Origin: the human T2T-CHM13v2.0 reference genome, Homo sapiens
DNA length: 64,000 nucleotides
Assembly (NCBI RefSeq): GCF_009914755.1
Contig: NC_060929.1
Strand: one strand, 5' to 3'
Part shown: positions 27,641 through 41,710 of the stretch, in pieces
Numbering within the stretch: the stretch's first letter is position 1
Layout: each line of letters begins with the position of its first letter
Notes under the pieces: generated by a model
What the model saw: only the letters and a program-made list of their open reading frames with translations
Database searches by the model: none
What the model was told of the DNA's origin: nothing
Program-made: the position numbers and the translations under genes

Positions 27641-27672
27641 ACTCCTAAATCTTAATACACTTTATTACTAGC

Positions 27673-28063
27673 TGATATGATTTGGATCTGTGTCCCTTAC
27701 CAAATCTCATGCCGAATTGTAATCCCCAGTGTTGGAGGTGGGGTCTTGTGGGAGGTGACTGGATCATGGGGGCAGATTTCCCCCTTTGATGCTGTATCAT
27801 GATAGCGTCCTCATGAGATATGGTTGGTGAAAGTGTGTGGCACCTTTTCTCTTCCTCTCAGTCCTGCTTCTGCCTCGCAAGATTCGTGCTTCCACTTTGC
27901 CTTCTGCCATGAGTAAAATCTCCCTTTAGCCTCCCCAGAAGCAGATGCTGCTATGCTTCCTGTTCAGCCTGCAGAACTGCGAGCCAATTAAACTTCTTTG
28001 CTTTATAAATTACCCCATCTCAAGTGTTTCTTTATAGCAGCAGTGTGAGAACAAGCTAATACA
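27673..28063 (+). mobile_element. MSTA MaLR LTR
   Basis: tgatatgatttggatctgtgtcc...gctaataca; perfect TSD CTAGC. Confidence 0.92.
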
Positions 28064-28133
28064 CTAGCCTTCTTGAATACATCTTAGCAAGCTCTCGAGC
28101 AGCGTAACGACATAGATTAGAGAAGGCCAAAAC

Positions 28134-28524
28134 TGACAGATTCCCATCTTGACCAAAGTTTAATCATTCTTCTCCAGTCCCTCTTCTCAGGCCCAGTTTA
28201 ACAAAGACGCCTGCTAAGCCAGTTCACTGAGAATCACTTCGCCCTGGATATCTTATCACTTTGGCATGCCTTTAGCAATAATGCAGTTTAGCAAGAACCC
28301 CGCTCCCCGCCACCCCACCCCCCGCCACCCTTAATATCTAATTAGTTTCTATCCACTGACTCACTCCCTCAGCTCTTTGCTTATAAATTTCCAGCTCCAT
28401 GCTGGGAGAAATTTTAGTTCAATCTCTCTCTACTATAGCTATATTATTCCCCCATTGCTATAGTCCTGAATAGTCTTCCTTGCTATTTTTAACAAGCAAC
28501 CAGTGTACACGTTTCCTTTTGACA
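28134..28524 (+). mobile_element. MER31-like ERV1 solo LTR
   Basis: tgacagattc..ttgaccaaagttt..cctgctaagccagtt..cagtttagcaagaacccc..gtcttccttgc..tttgaca. Confidence 0.75.
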
Positions 28525-29499
28525 AAACATAGTGTCCATATGTAGAGGGAAGAGGAAAGCTAACAAAATATAAAGTCATCCAAACCACACACACCTTGGA
28601 CAAGCTTATCATGTGTGGGAATAAAATGCTGGAGGTGGGTTTGGCTTCCCAAAAAAAAGAAGTGTGTAGTTTGAAATTTCATATCAAGAACAGTTAAATT
28701 CCCAGATTCTTTATCATTACTGAATACCTTAGTAATTATTCTTCATTTAACACAACAGGAAATAGGAGATTTATTTTCTGGAGAGACTTGTCCAATTAAA
28801 GTGGGGATATGGTTGCTCCGTTGAGCAGAAATTTGGCTTATATAGACCCAAAGCTCAGAAAAAGAGTTATAGATCTAAAATGACAATCATTGAGACAATA
28901 AAGTCCATGGAAACCACGATGGGAAGCATCTACGTGGAAATAAAAAGTTGGATTTTCAGTAGAGAAATTGGTAACAATGTAAATTTCCTCTTAATGTCAG
29001 GTGAGAACTAATTCTGAAGTCAGAGGAGGAAAGTAGCCTACAACAAAGAGTAAGATCATCTTGACAGGATCAGGGAGAAAGATAATAGTTGCAAATGGAG
29101 ACAGGTATATTGATTTAGTGCCAGGTAGTTGAAAGACTATGAGTATAAAGACTTATATTTTCTCTGTGTTGCAGTAGCAAAGTCATCTGCAGAGAGAGAG
29201 AAGTGAGAAGGGAGAAGAGAGTGTCAGAAATTAGAGGATTGTAGAGATTGAAAAAGTTATGTCAGGCACAATTGAAAACCCGGTTTCCAATGGTGATCAT
29301 TGTCTTAAAATATTATCAGTTTGTTTTCTTGCATGGCATTCTTCAGCAGCAGTCATGGACTGAGAAATATGCAGAAATCAGATAGTTGAGTTCATCTAGA
29401 GAAGAGGTTGCAATGTGCTTCTAAAAAGGACAAAACCAAAAGCAACCGAGGGAGAGAGAGAGAGAGGGAGAAAGAGAGAGAGAAAAATGAAGATGTGAA

Positions 29500-29727
29500 A
29501 GGGGATAGGTCAAAACTCATTAATTTTTTTTAAGCAAAGGGCCAGATAGTAAATATTTTTATTTTGTGAGCCATATTGTCTCTGTAGGAAGTACTCAGTT
29601 CTCCCATGTTCTGCAAAAGCAACCATGGACAATAAGAAAATGTGGCTGCGTTCCAATAAGAATTTATTTAAAAAATAGGTGATGGATTGTATTTAGCCCA
29701 AGGGAAGCAGTATGTCAATTCTGGTTT
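29500..29727 (+). mobile_element. MER58A (hAT-Charlie)
   Basis: aaagggccagatagtaaatatttt..tactcagttct..aaagcaaccat..tggctgcgttccaataa. Confidence 0.85.
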
Positions 29728-29779
29728 TATGTTACTGGCAATTACATTTTAAAATATTCAGTAATTGAATCTACAATAT

Positions 29780-29938
29780 CGATTCCCAACTATTGCTGCA
29801 TATTAGTATCATAATAGAATGCCAGGTCCCAGAGACACTGGGTCAGCCAATCTCAATTGGGGCCAAGGCACTCATATGTATCTTTGGAACCTCCTCAGGC
29901 AATTCTAACATAAAGCCAGTGTTGAGAAGAGCCATTGT
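29780..29938. mobile_element. MER5B-like fragment
   Basis: gctgcatattagtatca...ctcctcaggcaattctaa..agccagtgttgagaa. Confidence 0.6.
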
Positions 29939-30152
29939 TAGTTTGCTTGTGGGAGTAACTGACCGCAGGAGGATCATAATGCTATAGGCAAAGGCTGAGG
30001 CACCAGTGGATTGAAAGTCCTAGTGAGGCAGGAGAACAGCTGCAGTGGGAATTGTTGCCACACTGAACAGACAGGAGATTGATCAAAGAGTGGTGTGCTT
30101 ATTTAGTCATTTAAGAGGAATATCATGTTTTGTCATTATACATTTCATGGGT

Positions 30153-30672
30153 TTGGTAAGCAGCCTCTAAAATTGCTCCATGTCACTTGTACCCCTGGTA
30201 GAGGTAACTCCTTGAGGAATCTTCTACTCTGTTGTCCTAGTTGAATTTATCTCACTTCACTATCAAATAGACTGTGGCAGAAGTGATGGATATCACTTCC
30301 AACATTAGATTGCACAAAGACTGTGGCTTCTGTCTTGGGAATCCTCTCTCTCTCTTTCATTGTAAGGGAAGCTGACTTCTATGTTGGGCGCTGCCTATTA
30401 AGAAGTCCACATAGCACGGAGCCAGTGTCACCAGTCACAGCCAGCAAGGAAGGACCTGGGGACTGCCCCCAGCCACATGATTAATCTTAGAAGTGAATCT
30501 TCCCTAAGTAAGGCTTTTAAATGATGGCAGCCTTATGAGAGTCCTTGAGCTAGAGGGCCTTACTAATTCTGATATAGTTCTTGACCCAGAGAAGTTGGCA
30601 TAATGAATGTTTGTTGTTTTAATCCACTAAGTTTTGGAGGTAATATGTTAAGCATCAACAGATAACTAATAA
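30153..30672 (+). mobile_element. MLT1F-like MaLR LTR
   Basis: gcagcctctaaaa..ggcagaagtgatgga..tcacttcc..gactgtggcttc..tgttgttttaatccactaagttttggagg..atagataactaata-like end. Confidence 0.8.
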
Positions 30673-32238
30673 AAGGAGTGATTCTGAGCAAGAAAGGCTT
30701 AAGTGGAGGGAAGCTAAGGTCGAATAGTTTATGAATATCATCCTGTAAGAATACAGGGCTTGGAGCTTTGAAGGTGGGAGCAGAAAAAAATTTATGTAAG
30801 CTTGTCATTAACAATATGACTAAAAAAGTTCATTATACTGAAGGATAAATGCTTACATGTGCCTCAGAGAATAGATGTTTTTATTCCCGGGAAGAAAGAT
30901 AAACTTTTTCAAAAAACATAAAGATTAAGTAGGATGCAGTTTCCAGCTTTGGATTCTGACATTCAGGACATGGGGAGGGTGATGAGCTTCTCCTGGAGGA
31001 CTGAATTTAGGACACAATCAAGTTCATGATGGAAGCCCTTATGAGGTAGAGAGGGAGTGCATCTCAGCTCTTTCGATTAATTAAATGATTGTTTGAATTG
31101 GAGAAGGTGTGGGTATTTTGTGTTGTTTGGGTGAGTACATTGGAATGGTTTTCTAGCATTCCTTTGAGATTTTCCACAGTATAAGTTAAGGTAAAAGAAC
31201 ATTTTTACTTGTTTCAGAAAGCATACTGAGGAAGCTTTAATGTTACTATTAAGTAGGTAGGGAAATGACCAATATTATAAACGCAGATTTCCAGCCTCTC
31301 CTTTTAATGCTTTCAGAATGATTCCACAAGAACCTTGAAAATGTTGAGTATTTATATTTATTTTATGCCCTTTTATTGTGATTTTTTTAATAAATAACAT
31401 TTTTTTGGTAAATACTGGAAGTTAATATTCTATAGTTCAGAAAAGCAATTTTGAACACTCAACTAGTGAGCCCATATAAAACTACATAACAGCACAGAAT
31501 ATAGTAAAATAATAATATAATGAACTGGGAGACAAACTAGGCACTGTGTGCCAAGTTTTTCAAGGAAGATACAATTTCAATACCAATGAAATAAACTCCC
31601 ACAAATTGATTTTTCTTTGTGTGCACTCATCAGTGTAAATACAATTAAGTAATAAAGCCTGTACTTGTTCAGGAAAGATGTTTTCTATTCATAGTCTGAT
31701 ATCTGGGTGCTTTGGTTTCTGATAATTTGTTATGTAAAAACCCTGCAAATTAAAAAAAAAAAAATCAGCAGCTCCAAGTTCATGGGCCCTTATCACAGAG
31801 GATTTAAAACCTGTGCATTTTCTTTAAACTGAGAATATTATTACATTTTTTAATCCAGTGATGAGACCATAATAGTTTTCTGAAATAATTCAGAATAATT
31901 ATATACCTAAAAGTTAATTTGCATGTGCTGTAATTTAAATAAAAGGACAGTTAATTTTTGCATTACAAAACATGAAAAATAAAATCAAACGTTGCATCTT
32001 TACTTTTATTACATAAATTCCTTTACATTGTAGTGCCCCCTAGCACCACGCAAGTTTATAAACTGCTTTCAATATTAATTATGTTATTATAATAATAACT
32101 AATTTAAGAATGTATTATTAAAGTCAGTAATTTAATAATAATAATTTCAACAATATATGTGTCACAAAAATACCTGAAATTACAATTAGTATGTCCGGTT
32201 TACTGATGGGAATACTGTGGCTCAAAAACATCATCTCA

Positions 32239-32541
<303 letters not shown>

Positions 32542-33129
32542 TCACCCAAATCATGTAGCTACAAAGTTATGGTTTAGAATAATTCAACTATTTTACTGAA
32601 ATCAAAACTTTTACTATTAACCAATCAGTTACACTCAGCTTTGTGTAACTGAATACCAAATAACATCATGTTCCAGTAATTTTCATTTGAGTGAGAAGGG
32701 AGCACACTGGTACCCTGGACACACCCAGATACACTAAATCAGAACCTCTAAAACTTGGTGACTGTAAAAATAATTTTATTCTGAGTCTGAAACATATGCT
32801 CCGTGTTTCTTAGCAAGTTTCTGCAGCACAGGAGTCAGGTGAGGGAAGGTAGCGCCCCACTCCTGGTTATGGAAGGCAGAGGGTGAGTTCTGCTGCACAT
32901 ATGAAGCTATGGAGAGAGCAAGACTGCATAGGAGCAGGGTACAGTCTCTGGATATAGAAGACAGATAAACCTGGGTTATAGTTGACCCAGTGGAAAATTA
33001 TAGGCCAAGAATAAGTTTCCAGATACCTTAATAGAACTGGGCATTTGATAAATTTTGAAAGTTCTCTGATAACTCGTATGTGCAGTGTAGGCTAAGAACT
33101 CACGGAAACAATATAGACATTTTTTGCCT

Positions 33130-33535
33130 CTCAGGGATATGCAGACACCCCAGTTCAGATATGATGTCTTCATGATCATCAGAAATCCAGATGGCTATTA
33201 TCTTGTTGCTTTGCACCTCCAAGTACTGCTGCTTGTCATGTTGCCCCATGGCTGCCCCAGATCTAGCCATCAGAGCTGCCTTTCCAAGAAGGAAGAAAGC
33301 ACAGAGATAGGACATGCCCCCTGCATGTAAGTCAGCTTCTCAGAAGTTACACGCGTTACTTCCCCTTACACAACATAGGTCAGAAATTGGTCACATGTGT
33401 CATGCCCTATGTTAAGAAAAGATTGGGAATATAGCATTTATTCCTGGTGATCATGTGTCCGGCTAAGCATTAGAGGACATTTTTACTGATGGCGAAAGGG
33501 TCAATGGAGATTGCAGTGAACCAGCCATCTCTGTC
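33130..33535 (-). mobile_element. MLT1J-like MaLR LTR remnant
   Basis: atggctgccccagatctagccatca..ggtcagaaattggtcacatg..ctgggaa-like..catgtgtccggctaa. Confidence 0.6.
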
Positions 33536-33904
33536 CAATAGGCACTTTATTTGGTGACGATAATTATAGGAAAGGTAGCACTAGACAGTTTTAATTCATT
33601 GAAGTTATTTTGGGTTTTTCTTGTTAATTTGTTTGTTTGCTTATTTGTTTTATCCTTCAGAGAAATGCTAGAAATTTAGTAATTAAATTAAATATTTCAT
33701 TGAACACAAAAGCATAACATTATGGAAAAGAGTAACTGTTGTTTGGTTTTATTTATATATGTTAGTGTTTATACTGACTAATCTCACCAATGGAGACAGA
33801 CAATTTCTAAGATTTATTATAGGCATTGTGTTTGGATCTTTCTTTCAGAAAAGTAAAAATCAGCTTAACCCAAAAATTATTTTAATAATAATTGGCATAT
33901 CCAG

Positions 33905-34458
33905 CTTCATCCATGTCCCTACAGCGGACATGAACTCATACATTTTTATGTCTGCATAGTATTCCCATGGTGTATATGTGCCACATTTTCTTAATCCAGT
34001 CTATCATGGATGGACATTTGGGTTGGTTCCAAGTCTTTGCTATTGTGAATAGTGCCGCAATAAACATATGTGTGCATGTGTCTTTATAGCAGCATGATTT
34101 ATAATCCTTTGGGTATATATCCAGTAATGGGATGGCTGGGTCAAATGGTATTTCCAGTTCTAGAAGCTGGAAACCATCATTCTGAGCAAACTATCGCAAG
34201 GACAGAAAACCAAACACCGCATATCCTCACTCATAGGTGCAAATTGAACAATGAGAACACCTGGACACAGGGTGGGGAACACGACACACCAGAGCCTGTC
34301 GTGGGGTGGGAGGAGGGGGCAGGGATAGCATTAGGAGATGTGCCTAATGTAAATGACGAGTTAATGGCTGCAGCACACCAACATGGCACATGTATACATA
34401 TGTAACAAACCTGCACATTGTGCACATGTACCCTAGAACTTAAAGTATAATAAAAATA
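33905..34458 (+). mobile_element. L1PA4-like insertion with 5' inversion (twin priming)
   Basis: ~33901-34163 is antisense L1 and ~34163-34458 is the sense L1 3' end; 21-bp direct repeat AATAATAATTGGCATATCCAG at 33884-33904 and 34459-34479. Confidence 0.92.
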
Positions 34459-36330
34459 AATAATAATTGGCATATCCAGAACCCTTTGCTGTCTTCTGCT
34501 ACATTTGCACAAATTCACAGCTATTTGAATACCAGTCATTGTCAATCCTGGTCCTCTTTGAAAATACTGTTCCTTAGTTTTGCTCTCTGCCTAATTTACT
34601 TGGATTGAGGGGAAACCCAGGAATCAGTTGATTTGAGTACGTAGCCAATGTTGTAAAGAACTAATTGCTTTAACTTCTAATAGAAAAATATCACTATTTT
34701 TTTTAAAAAGTTACATAATTCATGTGTAGGAACATAATCCTTTTAGCCTAGAAGTAAAAAATGATATAGTCTTGCCCTATAGCACTGATCATGGCCATAT
34801 ATAATTTATAATAACCAAAATAATGACAATATTTTGGTACAGCATGCTCTATTAATTTGAATGCTCACGAGTTAACACATAATTCAATGTGATATGTATT
34901 AGGTTATAGAAAACCATGAGGTAAAAATCATAGGCTGCATTGAACTTTCTACTTCCCCAACTTTGCCTCATTATAGGGAGGGATGCAGCCCTAGAGTTCA
35001 AGAATTCCATAAAGACCAACCTGAAATTCTGGTGCCTGGCATCTTGTCACACCTTCTTCCAATACACAAACATCAAGGAGTGTAGAAGTTGAACATGGTC
35101 TGTTGTCACTGCCTCAAAGAATCCACTTCTAGCTTGTTCACACTAGGGTGTGAACATTTAAAGAGGGTAGGGAAGAACCACCTGGGTGGATTTTCACTGG
35201 GGATCTTATAATAAACTCTCAAAATCCCAGATTGAGACAAGGGAAGGGATGCTCAGTCGTATGTAATTAGGAAAAAGAGAGGGATTTTGAACCCACCCCT
35301 GCATCATCTAAGTCAAATAGAGCCAGTGTAACTGTTGGGACCGTTGCAGGTAGGGTGTGCTAGGTACCAAGCCGCAGTTAGGTAACCAATGACTTTTACA
35401 AGCTTATTTTCATCTCAGTACACCACATGCTTCATGTGCCACGTGCATGTATGTAAGTTACACATCTAAGATTATATTATTGGGTTACACTACCATGAAT
35501 TATCTAAGGAAAACAGAATGATCATCATTGTGTGTGCAAAGACGACTTCTGAAATTAATACCAACAAGAGATTTCTTCTTTGCATATTTTCAAGCAGAAA
35601 GTGGACTAAATTATATCATTGGAGCATGACGTCTCAAAAAATATTTATTGCCAAATAATTCTTTACTGCTAAAAATTATTTATTGCATGAAATAGAAAAG
35701 ATCTGAGACTGAAACTTCCATTTAAAAACATGATTTAAAAAAATAGAGTAATTACATAACAATTATGAAACTCAGATGCCAGAGTCAGAAATCAAGAAAT
35801 TAACTATGTCAAGCAATTACAATATGATTACAAAGGCCCTTATATATTCATACAAGCTTTTTGCATTTTTTGAGCTAATTTTATGAAAAACATCAAAAGC
35901 CAGAAAACTAATGCTTAATGTATATTTTAAGGCCAAGAACAATATAGAAAAATTAATTTTCTCCTTAAAGTTTTTTAAGATATTTAAAGTAAACATTTTA
36001 AAAATTATTTAATCTGTGACCCAATTTGAATCACTTTGCTCTTCAGATTCCGATGTCTCCACAAAAATTCCGATGTCTCCTTGAAATTAGCTGATACATT
36101 ATAAGAAATGAATGACTGTCCTGTCCTATTTGGGATACACATAAAAGTTACCCCAAAGGTTTAATTAGATAGTGAAGTACAAAAATACAGATTTGTAAAA
36201 TATTACATATATAAACAATATAAATCTCTATTTTGACAAGTGACTTGATAAACTAGGTTAAATAATTGTTAATAGAGTTGAGTAAAGGCAGTGATGTTGG
36301 TAAACTAGTGATCCAAATGAAAAGAAAGTC

Positions 36331-36725
<395 letters not shown>

Positions 36726-38045
36726 TTATTACCATTTCAAGATACTAACTCCTGTGAATAGGAGGGTGAAGTCTTTAAATTACAGGAAATTGCAATAAAA
36801 GCCTGAGGCAAAGATATTTCAAGGGTTTTGGTTAAACAAAAGACACATTGGCTGGCATGAACAAGAGGAATCCACTATTGAAACCATCTTAGTCAATGGC
36901 AGGAAGACAGTGTTATGAGTCTACTGGTTACAGAAAATCTTTGTTTTAAAAACTCAGGTTTATCGAATTAAAATTTATATATGCCAAAAGTCATCTTTTT
37001 AAGTATGCAGTGTGTTGAAAACATAGATGGTTATATAACAAATACCATCCTCAAGATATAGAACAGTAACATCACCTAGAAAAATTCCCTTTTGTGCCTT
37101 TTGAATCAGTATTTCTGCTGCCCTCAGTCTTTGGAAATCGCTGTTCTTTGTCCCTGTGGTTTTATATTTTCTAGAATGTCATACACAAGGGAGCAAACAG
37201 CATCCTGAATAGGCCTTTAAATCTGGCTTTTAAAATAGCATAATAAATCTGAGACACATTCATGTTGTTATGTTATCAGATTTGTTTCTTTTTCTTCCTA
37301 ATGTGATATTAAATAGATACAGTATATAACTTTTTGACTATTCACCAGTTTTTGAAATTATGAATCATATGGTTAAAGTCACCAACAGATATACATATGT
37401 ATATTACATATATGTATAATAATGTATGTATATATAATATATGTATATATACATATATGTATATAGTATACATATAAATCAGTGGATTCTTCAATTTTTT
37501 TATTGTCAAAATGATTTTTCCATTATAATTCCTTTGCTTCTCTGTTGAAAGTTTTAGAATGAGCTTGTTTGTTAGTTGCAAATATCCTGTTAGGAATTTT
37601 AACTGGATTGAATTTTTGTATTGAATTTTTTGTTTGGTTTGAACAGAATTAATTTATTGTCAATATTGGCTACCAAGCTCTTTACTTATTTACTTCTTCT
37701 TTGATTTCTTTTACCAGTGTTTTTTTAGTTTTTGTTACCCTTTCTCCATGTTTTTTTAGATTAAGAATTTAATGTTTCTTGTGCTACTTTAAATGTAACT
37801 TTAAAAAATTCTAATTTCCAATTGTTCATTAATAGTGTTGTAAAGTAGCGGGTCCCCCACCAGGGAATTTAAGGGCATATGTTGACTGCTTGAGTCCTGA
37901 AGGCTAGATGGTGAGCAAAGTTCATGGTGCTCAGCCGAGGAGCAGATGTCCCTGAAAACCAAAACATCCGGGAGCATATCTAGGTACATACCAAGAAGAA
38001 CAGTTTCATCACATGTAGTAAGCAAAGAGCCAGAAAAGTAGCTTT

Positions 38046-38524
<479 letters not shown>

Positions 38525-38793
38525 AAAAGTAGCTTAAAAGCAGCTTAGAGGAAGATGGTGGGCAGCAGGCGGATCTCTGGAGTTATCCCGCTGCCCTTTA
38601 CGTAAGTCCTAATAAACTCATCTTCTCATGAAGCTGGACTTGTCTGAGTCCTTCTTTGTTATTTCAGCACTATCTCTTTGGCAGAGGGATGTTCTTCTAC
38701 ACAGGTCTGGGTTTTTCCTGCAACAATTATATATAAAAAATAATTCTGTATATTAACATTATAGTGTTATAGTGCATAGTGTGAAATTACAAA

Positions 38794-38899
38794 ACTCACA
38801 ATTTATTTCTAGTAGCTTCACTTTTAATAATTTTAATTATTTTGTACTCACAATTTATTTCTAGCAGCTTCACTGCTAATAATTTTAATTATTTTGTAC
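38794..38899. repeat. 52-bp tandem duplication
   Basis: actcacaatttatttctag(t/c)agcttcact(tt/gc)taataattttaattattttgt present twice. Confidence 0.95.
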
Positions 38900-39756
38900 A
38901 TAATGGAATACTGTGCATAGACCATCCACGAATCAAATAGAGTTTTATTTCTTCGTATCCAATTTGTATGCCTTTTGTTTATTTTTCTTACTTTAGTACA
39001 CTGGTTAAAATTTCCAGTATACAGTTAAATAGTTCTTGAGGACAGGTTTCCTGTACTTCTTTTCTTCGTGCCTGTGTATAACGTATATTTAACTATATAA
39101 TACATACAACACAACTATGTTTGTCTTCATATAATTTTTTACCTTTTTTTTAGTTTGTTTACGTAGCCCCTATATCTCTAGAAATGTTTCTTGGATTTAC
39201 GATTTGATTGCCTTCACTTCTTTTGGAAAATTCTCATTCATTTTGTTTTTAAGTATTTATCATCCTTGTTCTCTTTCATGAATCCGTTCAAGTTAGGCAT
39301 CCAGAGCTGTCCTTCAGCTCTTGGATGCCATGTTCTGCTATTTATCACTCTTCTTGTTTCTTACTTGTATTTGTTATTCAATTTCTATGTTTTTTATCTT
39401 CAACTTTACTGTTCCATTCTTTATTCATATCAAGTCTTCTGATGAATTACTTCATTGGTGTTTGCATTTTGAGGTAGATACAACAGTATATCTATTGAGA
39501 CATTAATTAGTGCAATTAAACCGAAGTTTAACACATTTTAAGTAAAAATTTATCCCACTATCGCATAAAACTTGTGAAAGTTAAAGTCATCAGCACTTAA
39601 TATTGTCTGTCATGCGAGGCAATCGGCACTCAAGTGGCAAATGCACTCATTTAACTCTAAATTGGTACTTTAGTTAATCTCTCATATTGATTTTTTAACC
39701 CTTAAACACTGGCAAAGAGAAGCATACACCTAAAGAGAGATTTTTTACATTATTGT

Positions 39757-40056
39757 TTATTTAGTTAGTTTTTAGAAACAAGGTCTCCTCTCTCTCCCAG
39801 GCTGGAGGGCTGTGGTGCAATCACAGCTCACTGCAGCCTCAAAATCCTGGGCCCAAGCATACCTCCCACCTCAGCCTCCCAAGTAGCTTGGATTACAAGT
39901 GCCTGCCTCAGTACCCGGCTACTTTTAAAACATTTTTTGATACACATAGAGTCTCAGTTTGCTGCTCAGGCTGGTCTCAAACTATTGGTCTCAAGCAATC
40001 CTCTTGCCTCAAGCTTCTGAAGTGCTGGGATTACAGGTTAACCAGGACACCTGGCC
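39757..40056 (-). mobile_element. AluJ (Jo-like)
   Basis: aatcacagctcactgcagcctc..tcctgggcccaagc; divergent dimer. Confidence 0.88.
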
Positions 40057-41399
40057 GAGAGGTTATTTTTTGTTGTTTTAATTTCTTTATTTAATAGTCT
40101 GTGTATTTAAATTTTGTTGACAATAATCTTAACAGCAACAATAGTATCTACTTGAAAGGTATGCATTCTATATATAATTCCTTAGATATAAATTTAAGTA
40201 TAAATATTTGAAAACTCTTTAATTTTTTAATATTGTGTCCCATTTCTTAAAAAAGAGAGAAGCTATATTAACTTTTGAATTCAGTACACAGTTAACAGTT
40301 CTTTCATTTAATATGTGATAATATAAATTTAACAGTGAAACTTTCAAATACTCATATTAACTTACCCTGATAGATTTTATAGCTTTAATATAAAACTTCT
40401 CATAAATGTAAAATTTGACAAAGCACAATATTCTCCAGGAAGTTAGAAAAGTAATATAATTTTCTGTCTCTCAGAATGTGTTTTCTAACCTCTAAATATA
40501 AATTGATGGACTAATCTTTTAAAATTCAGAATCAAATATAATTGCTTTGGTTTGATCATTGAGAATTCTTTTTCCATTCCATCATTTTATAGTTTTTGCC
40601 TAAATAAAATACTTAAGGAAGTTATTGTTATGTTGTATTTGAAAGATGCCTGATGGAGAAACATTCATAGTTCTTTTCTATCCTTATGAAAGGTTATATG
40701 AAAACATATATATATGTATATATATAAACATGTGGATAAAGTACAGAAAATCCTATCATTGCCTCTGACTCAAATGGTAATCTTTAATATAAAGATTTGA
40801 AACTTTCATGGAACAGTATATCAGAACTTTATTTCCAATTTGTTTATGTATACTTAACGTATATCCTAAGTATCAAGAAATCACATTCAATTAACATATA
40901 CATTATAAAACAATTCCTATATGATAATTCTAATAAGTAAACATGATTTTAGTGGTAGTAATTATTCAATCAAATATTCATATTTTAAAGATTAAATCTT
41001 CATATTTTAAAGCACATTACATCAGTTTACAATTCGATATTGACTACTGGATAGAATTTATCAATGAAATTTTGAATATGGCATGGTTAATGCAGATCAT
41101 GTGAATTAAATTGCAAGGCAGAGAGCTTTTAAATTAAAAAAATAAGCTGGTTTATAAATCCAGTGCTAGACAGTTAATAAAAGCAATACATATAAATCTC
41201 CCAGACACCTCCCAATCTTGGTATTTTGAAATATTTTCCTCTTTTTAATATTATTTAAATAAAAAAATTATCTGCCTTTAAGCAACAAAACATGAACTCT
41301 TGGTAGAAAATTCACTAATTGACATAGGTATCTAGACTTATAAACCTGTAAAAAATGTGAAATAGAAGGCATAAAGTATTTGAGTCAATAAATTACTAA

Positions 41400-41710
<311 letters not shown>

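Noticed and set aside
35135-35156. Hairpin TGTTCACAC-TAGG-GTGTGAACA
   Set aside because: A 9-bp stem is expected about once by chance in 64 kb.
37389-37476. Palindromic AT-rich tract
   Set aside because: Degenerate (TA)n/(TATG)n microsatellite; its self-complementarity is trivial.
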